In this document: piece by piece, positions 40,149 to 53,201 of the stretch
How the letters are laid out: each line of letters begins with the position of its first letter
Position numbering within the stretch: the first letter of the stretch is position 1
Source of the DNA: Podarcis gaigeae
Taxonomy: Eukaryota
Length of the DNA stretch: 64,000 nucleotides
Assembly: GCA_964106915.2 (NCBI GenBank)
Contig: OZ066919.1
Reading direction: 5' to 3' (one strand)
Translations under genes and position numbers: made by a program
Notes under the pieces: generated by a model
What the model saw: the letters and a program-made list of their open reading frames with translations, nothing else
What the model was told of the DNA's origin: nothing
Databases searched by the model: none

Positions 40149-40733
40149 AGTTACTTAGACTGTATGTCTTTTCAGGACAGAAAATGTGGCATGCATGCAT
40201 GAGATCCGGCTCTTTGTAATTTGGAGATTCTTCCATAGGTTCAGTTTGATTGTTTACATTGTTTACACTCATTGTTCACACATAAGACACATCTGCACAT
40301 AATGCGGAAACAAACTATGGATTTGCACGACTGCACAAACATGTGAGCACCTGGGGAGGAGATCACAACCTCTTTGTTCCTCCTTGGTCCTTCAGTGCAT
40401 CATGGCAGCTAAGCCATTGTTCGGCTTAATGTCATCCTCTGTGTCCTTGAAGCATGATCAGCCACAGGTGGAGTCACTTGGCCTTCTCCCCCTTCAGGCA
40501 GATGAAGCTGACTCCTGGTCCATGTAAACTTTTTTTAAAATCAAAGGAAAACCAGAACACCCAAAAATCAAGTCTGCATAATCAAGGCTAAATTTACAGG
40601 CCTCTCTTTCATATCCAAAGATGTAAACTCTTCCAGTCAGAGAAATGCATTCTTAATTTCAATGCAATTTACTAATAACACATATGAATTAAAGAGAAAT
40701 AAAACTGCATATTTGGATGTGCTGATGTGCTTA

Positions 40734-41085
40734 AAAGGTAAAGGTAAAGGACCCCTGACCATTAGGTAGTCATGGCCGACTCTGGGGTTGCGGCGCTCAT
40801 CTCTCTTTATTGGCCGAGGGAGCCAGCGTACAGCTTCCAGGTCATGTGGCCAGCATGACTAAGCTGCTTCTGACGAACCAGAGCAGTGCACAGAAACGCC
40901 GTTTACCTTCCCACCAGAGCGATACCTATTTATCTACTTGCACTTTGACATGCTTTTGAACTGCTAGGTTGGCAGGAGCAGGGACCGAGCAACAGGAGCT
41001 TACCCCATCACGGGGATTTGAACTGCCGACCTTCTGATCGGCAAGTCCCAGGCTCTGTGGTTTAACCCACAGCGCCACCTGCATC
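40734..41085 (-). mobile_element. Sauria SINE (more diverged subfamily)
   Basis: (AAAGGT)n tail on the left and head on the right. 14-bp TSD TGCTGATGTGCTTA at 40720-40733 and 41086-41099. Confidence 0.9.
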
Positions 41086-42147
41086 TGCTGATGTGCTTAG
41101 GAAGTATTCAATAAGACATCCCCAATTATGCATAAATCTATTCTGGTTCTGTCTTTCTTTCCTTCCCATTTAATATGTTAATTATGTCAGCAAAGTGTAA
41201 TCCCATAACGTATCAATCCAATCCTTTGTCAAAGGTAATGTACATGACCTCCAATTTTTTGCACAGAGAATTCTAGCTATCTGTGATCATGTAAACAGCT
41301 ATGTCTGTTCATGTCTAAAGTTACATTGGTTTTAAAGGCTCTGGGTCATACCCAATATGTAATACAGCCGCTTCATGTAATGAAACAATGTTGTTATTTT
41401 TTTCTATTAATCAGGGAGGTGAATTATTTTACAGTATGGTCAGAATCAGAACCTTCATGCCTAGGCTTTGCTCTTTACATTAGGAGTAGGGAACTGGATC
41501 TAGTTGGTGGACTGGATCATTTTCTCCCCCTGGCCTGTGGATCAAGTTTGACCCTACCCAGCTGTCAATCACCTAGTGTCACTATGATTTCAGGTGAGCA
41601 CTGTGCATAGCATTTCTCAAGCCAGCAGATCATCAGGTCTTACAGAGTGCTGTGCATGGAGCTTTGCACTTTGAGAGATCTGACCATCACCTTACATGTT
41701 CCCATGTTCCCATGGTGATATGTAGCTCTTCCCCCACCCCCTCCAGCTCATGTTGCCTTTGTCCTTATTGGCCTTCATCTGAGTAGTGACAGCCAATCCC
41801 CCTGAAGGTTCGTTTCAGTTTGTAATTCTCACTGCAAAATATCTGTTATGTTATCCTTCCAGCTTGGTGTCACCAGGGAAACAAAACCTTCTCTCGTCTT
41901 CTCCATCCCCTGATTCATTTCAAAATATAGTAATTAATACTGGACCCAGCTGTGACCCCGAAGTGAAGCTATCTCTCCCCCTTCTCTTCCCAAACTGGTA
42001 CATTGACATTAATAATTACAGTGATCTTACTGAAGCTGTACCTCCTTTGTGTAATTTTTTTGAGATCTGACTATATCCTGTGCTTTTTGTCTGGAGTAGT
42101 GGCACCTCTTCTTTTTGCTGCCCATGGCAGCCAATATGTGCTGGCGC

Positions 42148-42337
42148 CAGGGCTGGCCCACCTATGGGGCAAGATGAGGTGACTGCCTCAGGCAGCAGGA
42201 TCCATAGGGGCAGCAGATTCAAATGTAGATCTTTAGTCCTCCCTCCCCCCTTGTTCCTGAGACAGATTTTCACTCACTCCTTTATCCTGGTAGGGAAAGA
42301 GGCACCATTTCACCGTTCATCTCAGAAGCCAGCCCTG
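42148..42337. mobile_element. hAT MITE
   Basis: TIRs CAGGGCTGGC / GCCAGCCCTG. TSD GCTGGCGC / GCTGGCAC (7/8). Confidence 0.75.
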
Positions 42338-42577
42338 GCTGGCACCCACGACACGTTTGTTATGATATGAATACTGCAAGCTACCTGGTGCCATCAGAGA
42401 AAGGTTCTTGTTCTGGAGATAGGATGAAGATTAAGATTTCCAAATGATGTTATATGCTAAAAGAACCATTGTATCTGATTGTATCTTTACATATAGTAAA
42501 GCAAAATATAGGTGACAGCCAGAACTGTGGCAAGTGGGGAGCAAGTTGCAAGAGGGCAACAGGCAGAGAACTTAGTT

Positions 42578-42898
42578 CAGTGTTTCCCAAAGTGAGGGGT
42601 ATCACTCCGGCGGGGGGGGGTGATATTGCCTATGGAGGTGGCAGAGGTGTAAATGACCATCAGACTTGAAAACATGGTACCCCTGGATCTAGTTTATCAA
42701 TTTTGTTGAATTAATTAAGCTAAATAGTTTTGATTGGATTTGGAATAAATGTGCAATTAAATGTTGCTGTTTTGAACTTTAATCTTCCTTAGTGGGTCAT
42801 GCAAAGTGCTGTTCTGAATAATGCATTTTATAAGGTAGGGGGATGAGTTTAGGAAACCAAAGGGGCATTTTCCCACCACCACCAACTGGGGAAAACTG
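42578..42898. mobile_element. Charlie-like hAT MITE
   Basis: CAGTGTTTCCCAAA ... TGGGGAAAACTG ends with an AT-rich interior. Confidence 0.55.
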
Positions 42899-42905
42899 AC
42901 GTAGC

Positions 42906-43051
42906 CAGTGGCGTAGCGTGGGTTGTCAGCACCCGGGGCAAGGCAAGTAATTTGCGCCCCTAACCCGTGGATTTGCGCCCCCTAACCCTAACCCCCAGAT
43001 GTTGCGGCCGGTGCGGCCGGCCCCCCCTGCACCCCCCACGCCACGCCACTG
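42906..43051 (-). mobile_element. GC-rich hAT MITE, inverted copy of 7093-7255
   Basis: TIRs CAGTGGCGTAGCGTGGG / CCCACGCCACGCCACTG. 8-bp TSD GACGTAGC at 42898-42905 and 43052-43059. Confidence 0.92.
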
Positions 43052-43786
43052 GACGTAGCCTAACTTCCCAGCTGCAGGATCCCAACTTGCACAAGCACAA
43101 CTGGGCCACAGGATTGTGTGTTACTCTGTTTTGTTAGGCCATTCACCCACAGGTTAGGGTGCTGGATTTAGAGTGATGGATGCATTCTGAATGCTTCTGG
43201 AGCAGGCAGATTATGCTCAAAATTATTTTAGCATTGTGTTTAAAGCATCCCACATGCCTGCTGAATTAGATGGGTGTGTTGTGACCCCTAGTGGCATATT
43301 TGTGGATGTGGAGAGGAATATCTGGTCTCACACTTTTTTACTACATGCAGTTTTAAGAGAGCCATTTCGTTCATTTTAAAACCAGCCCTGCATACATTGT
43401 CCCATGTAAATCTCTGCCACTGGATACATTTCAATTAAACGAAGCCAACAAGGTGGACAAGGAAACAATGAATTAGCACAAGCAGATGGAGGTGGACCAC
43501 CCAGTGTGCCCCAGGCCAGGAGACCATCGGAAGGGCCCAAGGGGGCAGGGTGTGAGATTTGGAGACGTGAGCCTTGTTACTTTTAAAAGACAAATTCATG
43601 GAGGAGACAGCTATTAATGGCTACTAGCCATGGTGGCTATACTGTTGCCTCCACAGTTGGAGACAGCAATATTTCTGAATACCAGTTGCTGGAAACCACA
43701 GGAGAAAGGGTGCTTTTGTGATCAAATCCTGCTTGTGGGTTTCCTACAGGCATCTGGTCACCCACTGGGAGAACAGGATACTGGAC

Positions 43787-44634
43787 TAGGGTTACCAGAC
43801 ATCCCCGGTTTCCAGGGACAGTCCCCGGATTTGCAAATCTGTCCCCAGACAAATTCTGTCCCCGGAATGTCCCCAGATTTGCAAATCTGTTCCCAGGAAA
43901 TGTGGCAGCAGCAGCCTCAGCAGCCCGGAGCCAGCCTGGTAGCGCAGTTGGCTCTGACTGGCTTCGCTGGTAGCGCAGTTGGCTCTGACTGCTCACTGCC
44001 GTGACGCCCGCCATTTTCCCTCGCTGGAAGTACCCATATGATGTGTCTTGTGTGCAACACATCGTATGGGGACTTTTGGACTACCAACTGCACTACCAGG
44101 CTGGCTCTGGGCTGCTGACTGCCGCTGCTGCCGCCACTGCCGAAGGGGAACTGGGGATGTCTGGTGGTACAGATCTCCTTCCCCCTTCCCCCTTTGTTTT
44201 GACTGATTGGGGGAGGCTTGGGAGTCGCAGGTGGGTTGGCGCACCATTGCCCAGGAGGGGCGCAAGGTGCACGGTTTCTCTGCCGGGCAAGGTGCAAAGG
44301 CCTTCTTTCGCACCCTGTGAAACATAAATGTGCAGAGTTCTTTTTAAAGAAATTGTGCAACGGCACACTGTCATAACAAAGGGGGGAGGGGGCAGGAGAT
44401 TTGGGAAGGCTTGGGAGTCACGGGTGGGCAGCGCGCCATTGCCCAGTTTTTAAGAAAATGCAATTATGTTTCACAGGGTGTAAAAGAAGAGCATTGCACC
44501 TTTATACAATGTGCATGCGTGCTTGGGCCCAGGGTCTTTTGCCTCACCATGCCCACTACTGACTCCCTGTTGCTACTCAGCTTCAAAAAAAAAAAGTGTC
44601 CCTGAATTCATTGAAAAAAAAACTGGTAACCATA
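43787..44634. mobile_element. Non-autonomous hAT (Blackjack-like TIR) inserted in a CR1 3' end
   Basis: TIRs TAGGGTTACCAG / CTGGTAACCATA, 8-bp TSD TACTGGAC at 43779-43786 and 44635-44642, and subterminal GTCCCCGGA repeats. The flanks rejoin as CAGGATACTGGACTAGATGG (CR1-like). Confidence 0.88.
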
Positions 44635-47037
44635 TACTGGACTAGATGGGACATTGGCCAGATCCAGAAGGTTCTTATTATGTACTTAAAATGTGCATAA
44701 TATGCATATATTAGTGAAAATAACATAGAAAGATGTTGAGAAAATTCTTTGTCAAAAATGTGTATAGTAGGCAAAACTGCATGCAAAAAATGTGTGTATT
44801 AGGAAAAATTCACACTGAAATGCTGGTCAATCTTCATGAAAATCTTATTTAGAAAAGTTCACAAACTGATTGGGAAATGTGGAGAACTGAATTTGAGACT
44901 GAAAAAATGAGAAACTGGGAGAAATTGAAAACGGAGAGAGTCCATTAGATCTCTAGGTTGTGACTGGCCTCACTTCAAGCACATCATTGTCATGCTCAGA
45001 TGGGAATGACTGCATAGGAATCCAACCTAATTTCTCTCATCAGTTATGTCACCATCATGAATAAACAGCATACTCTTGGGTTGCTGTCATTTCAGGCAAT
45101 CCCCAAGAGGTGAGATTTAAAAGAATTGTGTTAAATTAATGTATCTTCCCCAACTTCAGTGCTCAAAATAAAACCAAATCTCCTGTGAATTCTCCTACTC
45201 TGGTGAATCATTGTTATGACCCATCACATCCTGATCTGTCTGATGTTCTAGTTTGTTACAAAGCTGCATGACTAATGGTGACAATTGAGAACAATGGGAC
45301 CTCAGCCTAGGATGCAAGGCGGCATTTTTGTTTCATTTCATCTGTTTGGTTTCATTCTCCCACCCTGAACTATAACTGGGAGGGCCACAAATCTATAATA
45401 AATAGGTGTTAGTTGATATTGTTTATTATTATTATTATTATTATTATTAGCCTGATCTGCCTTTGGTTTCAGTTGGTATGAACAAGGGCTGCTTCAGAGT
45501 TGGCTTTAGAGAAGTGGAATGACACCCCCATTTCTTCATCTTGGTATAATCCAAAGGCTCACATATGCAGGACGAGAGCAAGCCAGCATTAAAGCATTGG
45601 CCTAGATGAGGTAGTGATCATAAGAGCATAAGAAGAACCTGATGGTTCTGGCCAACAGCCCATCTAGTCCAGCATCCTGTTCTCACAGTGGCCAGCCAGA
45701 TGCCTCTGGCAAACCAGCAAGTACACATTTTGTACTCAGTCTTCCCATAAAACAATGTTCTTTAGACTTAGGTCGGCAGATGTTGTTAGACTACATCCTA
45801 TCATCTCCAGTTAGCTTAGTCAGTGGTCATGGATGATAGGGGTTGTAGTCCACCACCATCTGGGCAGCCAAAAGTAGAAAAACATTGATGTAAAATATGC
45901 CTTCTTCCATGCATTTATAGACTTTCCAGTGCATTTCCCCCAAAATACACATTTTGTACACCTTTTAAAATGTAAAAATAAGTAATTTTTTGTGTACACT
46001 TTCAAGGACCTAATCTGCAATGAAAAATCCAGAAAAATGTGTAACTCAACAGATAGTTGCATTCTGATCCGCAAGCAAGTTTGAGAACACTGAATTGGAT
46101 TGGTTCACTGTGAAAAGTGATTTTAAAATATGGATGTTGATTTTGGAGAGGCGAATGCACAGATGTACTGAGCATTTGTGTCTGTTGCATTTCTTTCCAG
46201 ATTTTGCAAAGGAAGGATGTAGTCATAGTTTGACAGAGAAAAATATGTGTCACTGGATTCCAGCACTTCTGAGACATGAAGTAGTAATCATTTGACATAA
46301 GTAACAGATGCATGTGGATCTTGCAAATAAGAAAGTGATTTTGTCTAACACCAGAATATTGAGATAATTCCATCAACAGATTAATGTTTGCTCATTGTTC
46401 CTGTTGTGCTGCTATTGATTTTAACCAGCCAGCGAAAGAAACTGCAGTAAAAAAGACTTATTGTTTCATATTATCTCTTAAATGGAGTAGAGGACAGGTA
46501 TGTACACAAACACCCCACAGCCTCAACTTTTCCTTTCATTGTAGTCACTCACAATTTAGCTGTCTGAACAGGGGCAAGAACGGCAGATGCCTCAAAAAGG
46601 GTGACTCTGCCCAAATGATATTTATGGTCAGAATCCTAGATGAACTTTGGTCAAACCAAAGTCTCAGTGAAGGTTCTTGAGAACTGTCATTTTAGCAGCA
46701 CTCTCTCGTCTTGCTCTTCCTCTCTTCTCTCACCAAAAGAATAGCAAAGGCAAAACAAAAGCGAATCATGAATGAAGTTGACATTTACATCATTGCAACT
46801 AGGACCTACAACAAGAAGTTGCAATGGAGGGTGCTCCTGTCTAGGATATTGCATTCCATTCCCCCACCCCATTCCTACACCTCACTGGGCTGCATTGAGC
46901 TCTGCCATCTCTTTAGGGGTTCCCCCTCCCTCCACAAATATTTGTTATAGTTCTGTTAACCTTGGAGGTTCTCCAAAGCCCGCTAAATCCTCCCTTGTTT
47001 GTGTGGATGCTGCTGCCGATTAAGATTGTCATGAGTT

Positions 47038-47257
47038 CAGTGGAACCTTGGTTCTCAAACTTAGTCTGTTTGACTCCTGAAACATTCAAAAACCAAGGTG
47101 CAGCTTCTGATTGGCACAGGCACCCCAAAAACAATAGCCGACAGCTGCATTGGACATTCAGCTTCCAAAAAACGTTTGAAAACCAGAACACTTGCTTTCA
47201 GCGTTTGGGGGCCGATTTGTTTGTCAACTAAGCCGTTCGAGAACCAAGGTTCCACTG
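47038..47257. mobile_element. Tigger/pogo-like MITE family B
   Basis: Perfect 19-bp TIRs CAGTGGAACCTTGGTTCTC / GAGAACCAAGGTTCCACTG, with TA on the right. Confidence 0.85.
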
Positions 47258-47518
47258 TATAGTGTTACAAATGTTGCTCACCACCCCCAATCTCTGCCAA
47301 ACAGTAAGCAAGATTCCAGGAGGTTCCAGGCACTTAACCAGGGTATATTTCCATTGGGAATCCAGGCATGTAAGAGACTGTAGTGTTTTAAGATACATGG
47401 TTGATTTTACACCTATATACACCTGGGTCTAATCAGATAAAGTGAGTTCACAGCATCGCATCTCGAGAGGGGATTGTTCCTCACAACAGTGCAGCACTGA
47501 AATCCAAGGCATCCTGCC

Positions 47519-47782
47519 TGTTAAGTTGTGGGTGAAAATATCAGACGACACAGTGATTCTTCAAACAGCTCTTGTTTATTCACAGGCCAGAACAGAACTG
47601 AACTGAAGGGTTCAGCCAGCCTGCTTATATAGAGCTCCACTACAACACAACAGTAACAACTTTCTGTAACTATCCAATCACTGAACGTCACTTTCAATTC
47701 CTTATTTGCATATGTGGACCTGAGTGAATACTATCTACAGTATCCCCCTGCTGGCCCAGGGTGAGAACTTTAGTACATAACA
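47519..47782 (-). mobile_element. Solo LTR (264 bp)
   Basis: TGTTA...TAACA termini and 5-bp TSD CTGCC (47514-47518, 47783-47787). On the minus strand a TATA box (CTATATAAG) precedes AATAAA. CCAAT and octamer ATTTGCAT (47704-47711) lie upstream of the TATA box. Confidence 0.85.
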
Positions 47783-48655
47783 CTGCCCACTATTCTCCTG
47801 CCTCTGTCCCAGCCTACCAATATGGTTCTGTTCCACATGGCCTCTGCCTAGCTACTACCTGCTTCATGTTCCCAGAACACCTTGCCAAAGGGCAACAACC
47901 CCCCACCCCTTAGGTCTGCTTGCCCCCCTTCTCCTGGTTATTCCACACCTAGCTTTTAAAGGTGACCATTTTTCCTGTAACCTACATTATCGCTCCGTGT
48001 TACCTTGGCAACCTCCATTGGCCCAGACCCATCAACATCTTTTGTCAGGCTTAAAGGCTTCCATCCCAGGTGAGGCCTTGGCCTGAAAAAGGAGCTTAGT
48101 CTGTATTTTTCCACTGGCCTGCATCTTCCCTTCAATACTCTTCAAATTTGTAAAATTCAACCATTTTACTAATTTCTAACATTCACTAACTCTAGCAGTT
48201 ATGTGTGCCCTTGCACCCCAAAACTATGTTACCCCAAATCTGTATTAATATTTACAACTAGGACCCTGCAATGAAATGTTGAAGTATAGAGTGCTTCTTT
48301 TTAACTTCCCAGATGCTCTGTTCCAGTTCACCACTGCCCCACTGGTTTTCTCCCCTACTTCACCCCCAGTATTCTGTGCCTACTGAGCAAACTCAGTCCT
48401 CCTCACATTGAAAACACTGCTGCCTGATCCCAGCTACATTAAAATCTCAGATTTTCCCCATTGATTTCTATGGGCATCCCTCACTTTCATCCTTGGAGTT
48501 ATCTAAAAATACTTGTGAACTGCCCTGAGACCTTCAAATGAAGGGTAGTATCCGAATAAATAAATAAAAATGGTGTCTCCCTTTAAATCATGAAATGTCC
48601 TATCAGGGCAATTAGAGGTTTGTTTGGTTGGTTTTGTTTGGTTTTTTGCTAAACT

Positions 48656-49084
48656 AGTGATGCATGGAAGTGAGAGCTGGACCACAAAGAAGGCTGATCA
48701 CCTGAGAATTGATGCTTCTGAATTATGGTGCTGGAGGAGACTCTTGAGAGTCCCATGGACTGCAAAAAGATCAAACTTCTCCACTCTGAAGGAAATCAGC
48801 CCTGAGTGCTCACTGGAAGGACAGATCCTGAAGCTGAGGCTCCAATACTTTGGCCACCTCATGGGAAGAGAAGACTCTCTGGAAAAAACTCTGATGTTGG
48901 GTAAGATTGAGGGCACAAGGAGAAGGAGATGACAGAGGACGAGATGGTTGGACAGTGTTATAGAAGCGACCAACATGAATTTGACGAATCTCCGGGAGGC
49001 AGTGGAAGACAGGTGTGCCTGGCGTGCTCTGGTCCATGGGGTCACAAAGAGTTGGACATGACTAATCGACTAAACAACAACAAC
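48656..49084 (+). mobile_element. Bov-B (RTE clade) LINE, 5'-truncated
   Basis: Translation GSESWTTKKADHLRIDASELWCWRRLLRVPWTAKRSN...LKLRLQYFGHLMGREDSLEKTLMLGKIEG. 3' end GGTCACAAAGAGTTGGACATGAC with (CAA)n. Confidence 0.93.
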
Positions 49085-51569
49085 CCTACTTTTCTAGCAT
49101 CTCCATTCCATTCCCCCTCCTACCAGGTTGTCAGGTATTTTCTGCTCAGCATTCAGTCAACATTCCATGACCCCTGAGCATGCTCAGTTCTTATTAGGAT
49201 GTTTTGGGGGATTCCCCCCATTTAGGCCCACTCCTTAAAAGATTTTTTGTACTTCTGCAAACCTCCCAGCTATCTTCAGTCTGCTGATACCTCCCACTTC
49301 TGTGGTGGAGATGCAGTTTTGGTCATGCAAACAACTGCACACAAAGTACTGAGCAGGAATTAAAATACAGTATGCGTAATTAACAGGAATCCATTATTTC
49401 TAGAATCCCCAAATAGGGCTGTGGAAGATGCTAAATGAGAGGGGGGTGTATGTACATGACTGGCTTACACTCTATTGTGGTAGAAGTCTCCTTCCTCTCC
49501 ATTCACTTACAGATTCTGTATCCGTGCCTTAGCACAGAACTATTAAAATATTTACAGCCGGGCTGGATAAAAAAGACCGAGGCTTGAATTATTCATGCTG
49601 TTCCTTTTATCTTGGCAATGGCAACTTTATTTAGTGTGGAGGATTCCTACACTAGAATCCTGGGTAATCTCCCTCAACCAGAATCACTAGATAAACTCTC
49701 CGGTGTGATTAGCACCAATTAGAAAAGGAGGTGGGGGATCAAATTGTAACTTCTCGCTGGAGACAAGAAGGTTGTCGCTTTGATGAGCTGCAAGAAGGAT
49801 ATATAGTCATACGTCTGGTGTCTTGCAGCACAAGGAGAACAGTTGTAGGAAGAAGGGATCTCCCAAGCTTACTTCCAAGAAGCAACTGGGCACATTGCCT
49901 AACATCAGGCTGGGCTTCTGGAGGATGTGAAACAGGCATTGCATCTCAGTCATGCTAATGATAAGGAAGCCAAAGGGTCCTAAGTTGTGGTTTAAAGAGC
50001 CCAAACCAAAGCATCCCCTAGAGGAAAAGAGCCATAAAGGAAACATGAACTTGACCTAGAATGAGAGAAAGAAAAGTTGAACTTTAGCTTCACATCACAC
50101 TTATTGCTATTCATGGCTATGAAAGTGGTATCATAACATTTTGTGGTGCAGATGTGACCAAGGTCTCTTCTTCTTTGGACTGCAGCTTCTTCCTTGGTGT
50201 CCAGTTACCGTATTTTTAGCAATTTCATCATTCTCATTAACAAAACATATGTGGCTCCAATTTCTTCTACACACCTAAGTTGCACTCCGAACCAGCTTTG
50301 TCCAATAGCTTTGGCTCCACACGCCCCAAAATGTTGGCCTGTGTATAAGCCTCAAGGCCCAATTATAAAGAGACTGAGGTCCAGAAGTCTGTTCATACAT
50401 TGTTGCCCACTCTAAATTAGGCGGGAAGAAGTTGCATTGGTCCAACTTGGCACTGGAAAGCCCCATGATCATATATTTTTCGTACATGGAAGAAGCCAGG
50501 AGAAGAAAAGCTGTGAGGTAGTGCTGGAAAGCCGGATGGGTTCCAAAGAATTTGACTCATAATTGGCAGGAGGTCTGTTCTAGCAACAGGGAGCATCAAT
50601 ATAAAGCTGGCTTTCACACCACGCCAACAACAAGGAGGAAACATCCCAGACAAGATTCTCAGAAATCAATGAAAAATCGACAACACTGACACCCAGCATC
50701 AGGTGTTAATGTCTTTGAAGTTTTCATCCCTTCCTTATAAATGATGTTGGTCTCAAGAGCAGGCTCAGAGAGTCCATGCCAAAAGGAACTGAGTGCAAAA
50801 CTGTTCCTTGTGTAAAAGTCCTGATATTCTTTGCAGACTCTTCAACAGGATGTGGTTGAGATGGTGATGGTTAATGACTGGACTGGTGTCTCCAAGGGTT
50901 TGAGGAATGGAATAAACTTTGCAAAACTACTGCAAAATCTGCACAACTGCTTAAAATGTGAGCTCAAGGCAAGTGGGGGGGGGTTTCTATTCCATCTCCT
51001 TGCCCTTCTCACCATTTGTATGTTCAAAGACAATGAAGGCAAGGAGGAGAAAGAACAGGGCAGCCCTATATAAGGATGTGGGCCTCAGCAAGTGCCCTAC
51101 GCCAGTCCTGTAGGAAGGAGGTGAAATGCCATCACTGCCTATGTTCCCTTGCTCCCTCTTGAATAAAGTGGTCTTTGGATGTGTTGTATATGTTTAGTAG
51201 GGGAAAGGTAAACTAAGGATCCTGCTTTGGTAAAGAAAGAAAACTAGAAGGCCTCATGAGATATCACCCCCTGAAACCCAATAATTCTATCATTTGTTCA
51301 AGATTATTCATATATTGTATACCATGGGCTCAGGTCAGATTATTATTAGACAACTCCCATCATCCCTGCCCAGTGGTTCTGCTGGCTGGAGGTTGAAGGG
51401 AGTTGGAGTTCAAGAGCAGCTGGCGGGCTGCACATACCCCATCCCTGCCTTAATGCTATGATTTCCCCTCCCATTTAAATTGAATAATTTCAGGGAAGGT
51501 TCTTTACTGTCCCAGCTGCCAAAATGATGCACTCTTTTAATTTTCTGTTCGTATATATGTTTGCATTCA

Positions 51570-52211
51570 AAAGTCAAGTGCTTCAACGCATTAGGGACAT
51601 AGAGTTGCAATGTCATATGGCCAAAATGGATAAACATGCCACAATTAGAGACTTTGGGAGAGGGTTTTCACCCGCAAATTATCTGGCTGATTTACAAATA
51701 CCTAAGTACAGACACTCCTTTACCCTGGCCAGATTCAACGTTCTGCCCTCTGCCCTGCTGCTAGGCAGATATGAGGGCAAACCATATGAGTCACGTGTTT
51801 GCCCATGTGGCTCATCGGAAGTGGAAACAAGTCTGCATGTATTGCTGCACTGTAGTTACTATGAGGATCTACGCCTGACCTTTATTGCCCCAGTTCTACA
51901 AAAGCTTAAAAATGAACCAGAACTCCAACGTATGAGAGCCTTGGTAGAAGATAAGGTTCCTGAAATTACGATCAATGTTGCCAAATTCTGTGTAGCCGCT
52001 ATTAGGCGTAGGAAACAAGAGCTTTCCAATGTCAATATGCAGGCGAAGGCAAATACTTAATTTTATTTATGCTGTCTAATTTTAAACTGCTGTTATGGCC
52101 TAATCTGTATTGAAATTGTCCTTTGTTTTTTTCCAGTGTTATGCTTTGCTGACTAGCTGTACGAGTTAACCTGGTCTGTGACCGTTTAATAAAATTTGAT
52201 TTGATTTGATG
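51570..52211 (+). mobile_element. 5'-truncated non-LTR retrotransposon (RTE-X/Tx1-like ORF2 C-terminal zinc knuckle)
   Basis: Open frame ending at 52060 with FTLARFNVLPS...GRY...RVCPC...E...HVLLHC..Y..LR, then AATAAA and an (ATTTG)n tail. 13-bp TSD ATGTTTGCATTCA at 51557-51569 and 52212-52224. Confidence 0.85.
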
Positions 52212-52937
52212 ATGTTTGCATTCATGAAATGGGTAACATTTGAAATAATAATAAAATATAAATTCAAGGGCAAACAGTCTTTTATCAGTGAATTACTCTT
52301 TATGTGTCCAGTTTTACAGTATATTTAAGGAGTCAGCATCAGCATCATAAAATCACCTACAAACATTAGGGATGCCTAGTCCGGAAGTTCACAGAGATTA
52401 TCAGGATTTCAAAGGTGGAATTAGAGCTTCTTTGAGGTTTGTTTTTAAAAAGCTCAACAATTTTGGGTTCTTCCTACAAAAAGCTCAACAAGTTTACTTT
52501 TTGAAATATAGCAGCCCTAACTAACACAGGGGAAAGAAGGATGAATTAAGCCCATTATCTTGAGCAGCTCCTCAAAGCACTTAAGGCTGTTCTGGAATTC
52601 TGTTTCATTTTATTGTTACATTAGGCATTCTTCTAGATTAGAAGTAGTCTCTTATATCAAGACAGCCTCAAAACGAAAGCAAAAATAAACAGGAAGGAAG
52701 AAAACTTACGATCAATTATCTGAAGGCAGCCTTTCTAAAACTGGATGCTTATCACTGCACTATATTCCCACTCATAGATGGATATTGATATGGGATACCC
52801 GGGGAAAGGAATTAAGGCCCAACCATTTTCAACCAGGAAGAGGTACGGCCAATTCACTGACACTCTCACAAAGAGGTACATCAGCTAATCCACTTCCCAG
52901 GGTCCCCTCACATCATTAATGATGAGTCTGTTGTAGA

Positions 52938-52942
<5 letters not shown>

Positions 52943-52993
<51 letters not shown>
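52943..52993. repeat. (TA)n microsatellite (second tract at about 53201-53227)
   Basis: Direct reading; the two tracts flank the palindrome. Confidence 0.95.
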
Positions 52994-52996
<3 letters not shown>

Positions 52997-53196
52997 CTTT
53001 CGTAGATTTTCACGGGTACAGGAATGCAGGTTTTGGTGTCCTCGGGTGTCTTCCCGTGTAAAAGTTGGGGTGTCTAGGCGACGTTTCGACGAGGTCTCAC
53101 TCGTCATCTTCAAGAAGATGACGAGTGAGACCTCGTCGAAACGTCGCCTAGACACCCCAACTTTTACACGGGAAGACACCCGAGGACACCAAAACC

Positions 53197-53201
<5 letters not shown>
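52993..53201. mobile_element. Penelope-like element terminal-repeat fragment forming a perfect inverted repeat, inside (TA)n
   Basis: Arms 53024-53111 and 53114-53201 are exact reverse complements (88 bp, 2-nt spacer). Each carries GAAGA-T-GACGAG-tgagac-CTCGTC-GAAACGTCG, the hammerhead-like signature of PLE pLTRs. Confidence 0.85.

Noticed and set aside
43630-44374. Cluster of overlapping 90-150 aa ORFs
   Set aside because: GC-rich interior of a non-autonomous hAT with no recognisable domains.
51524-52060. 178-aa host gene
   Set aside because: It is a LINE ORF2 C-terminus bounded by TSDs, and the start codon is in flanking DNA.
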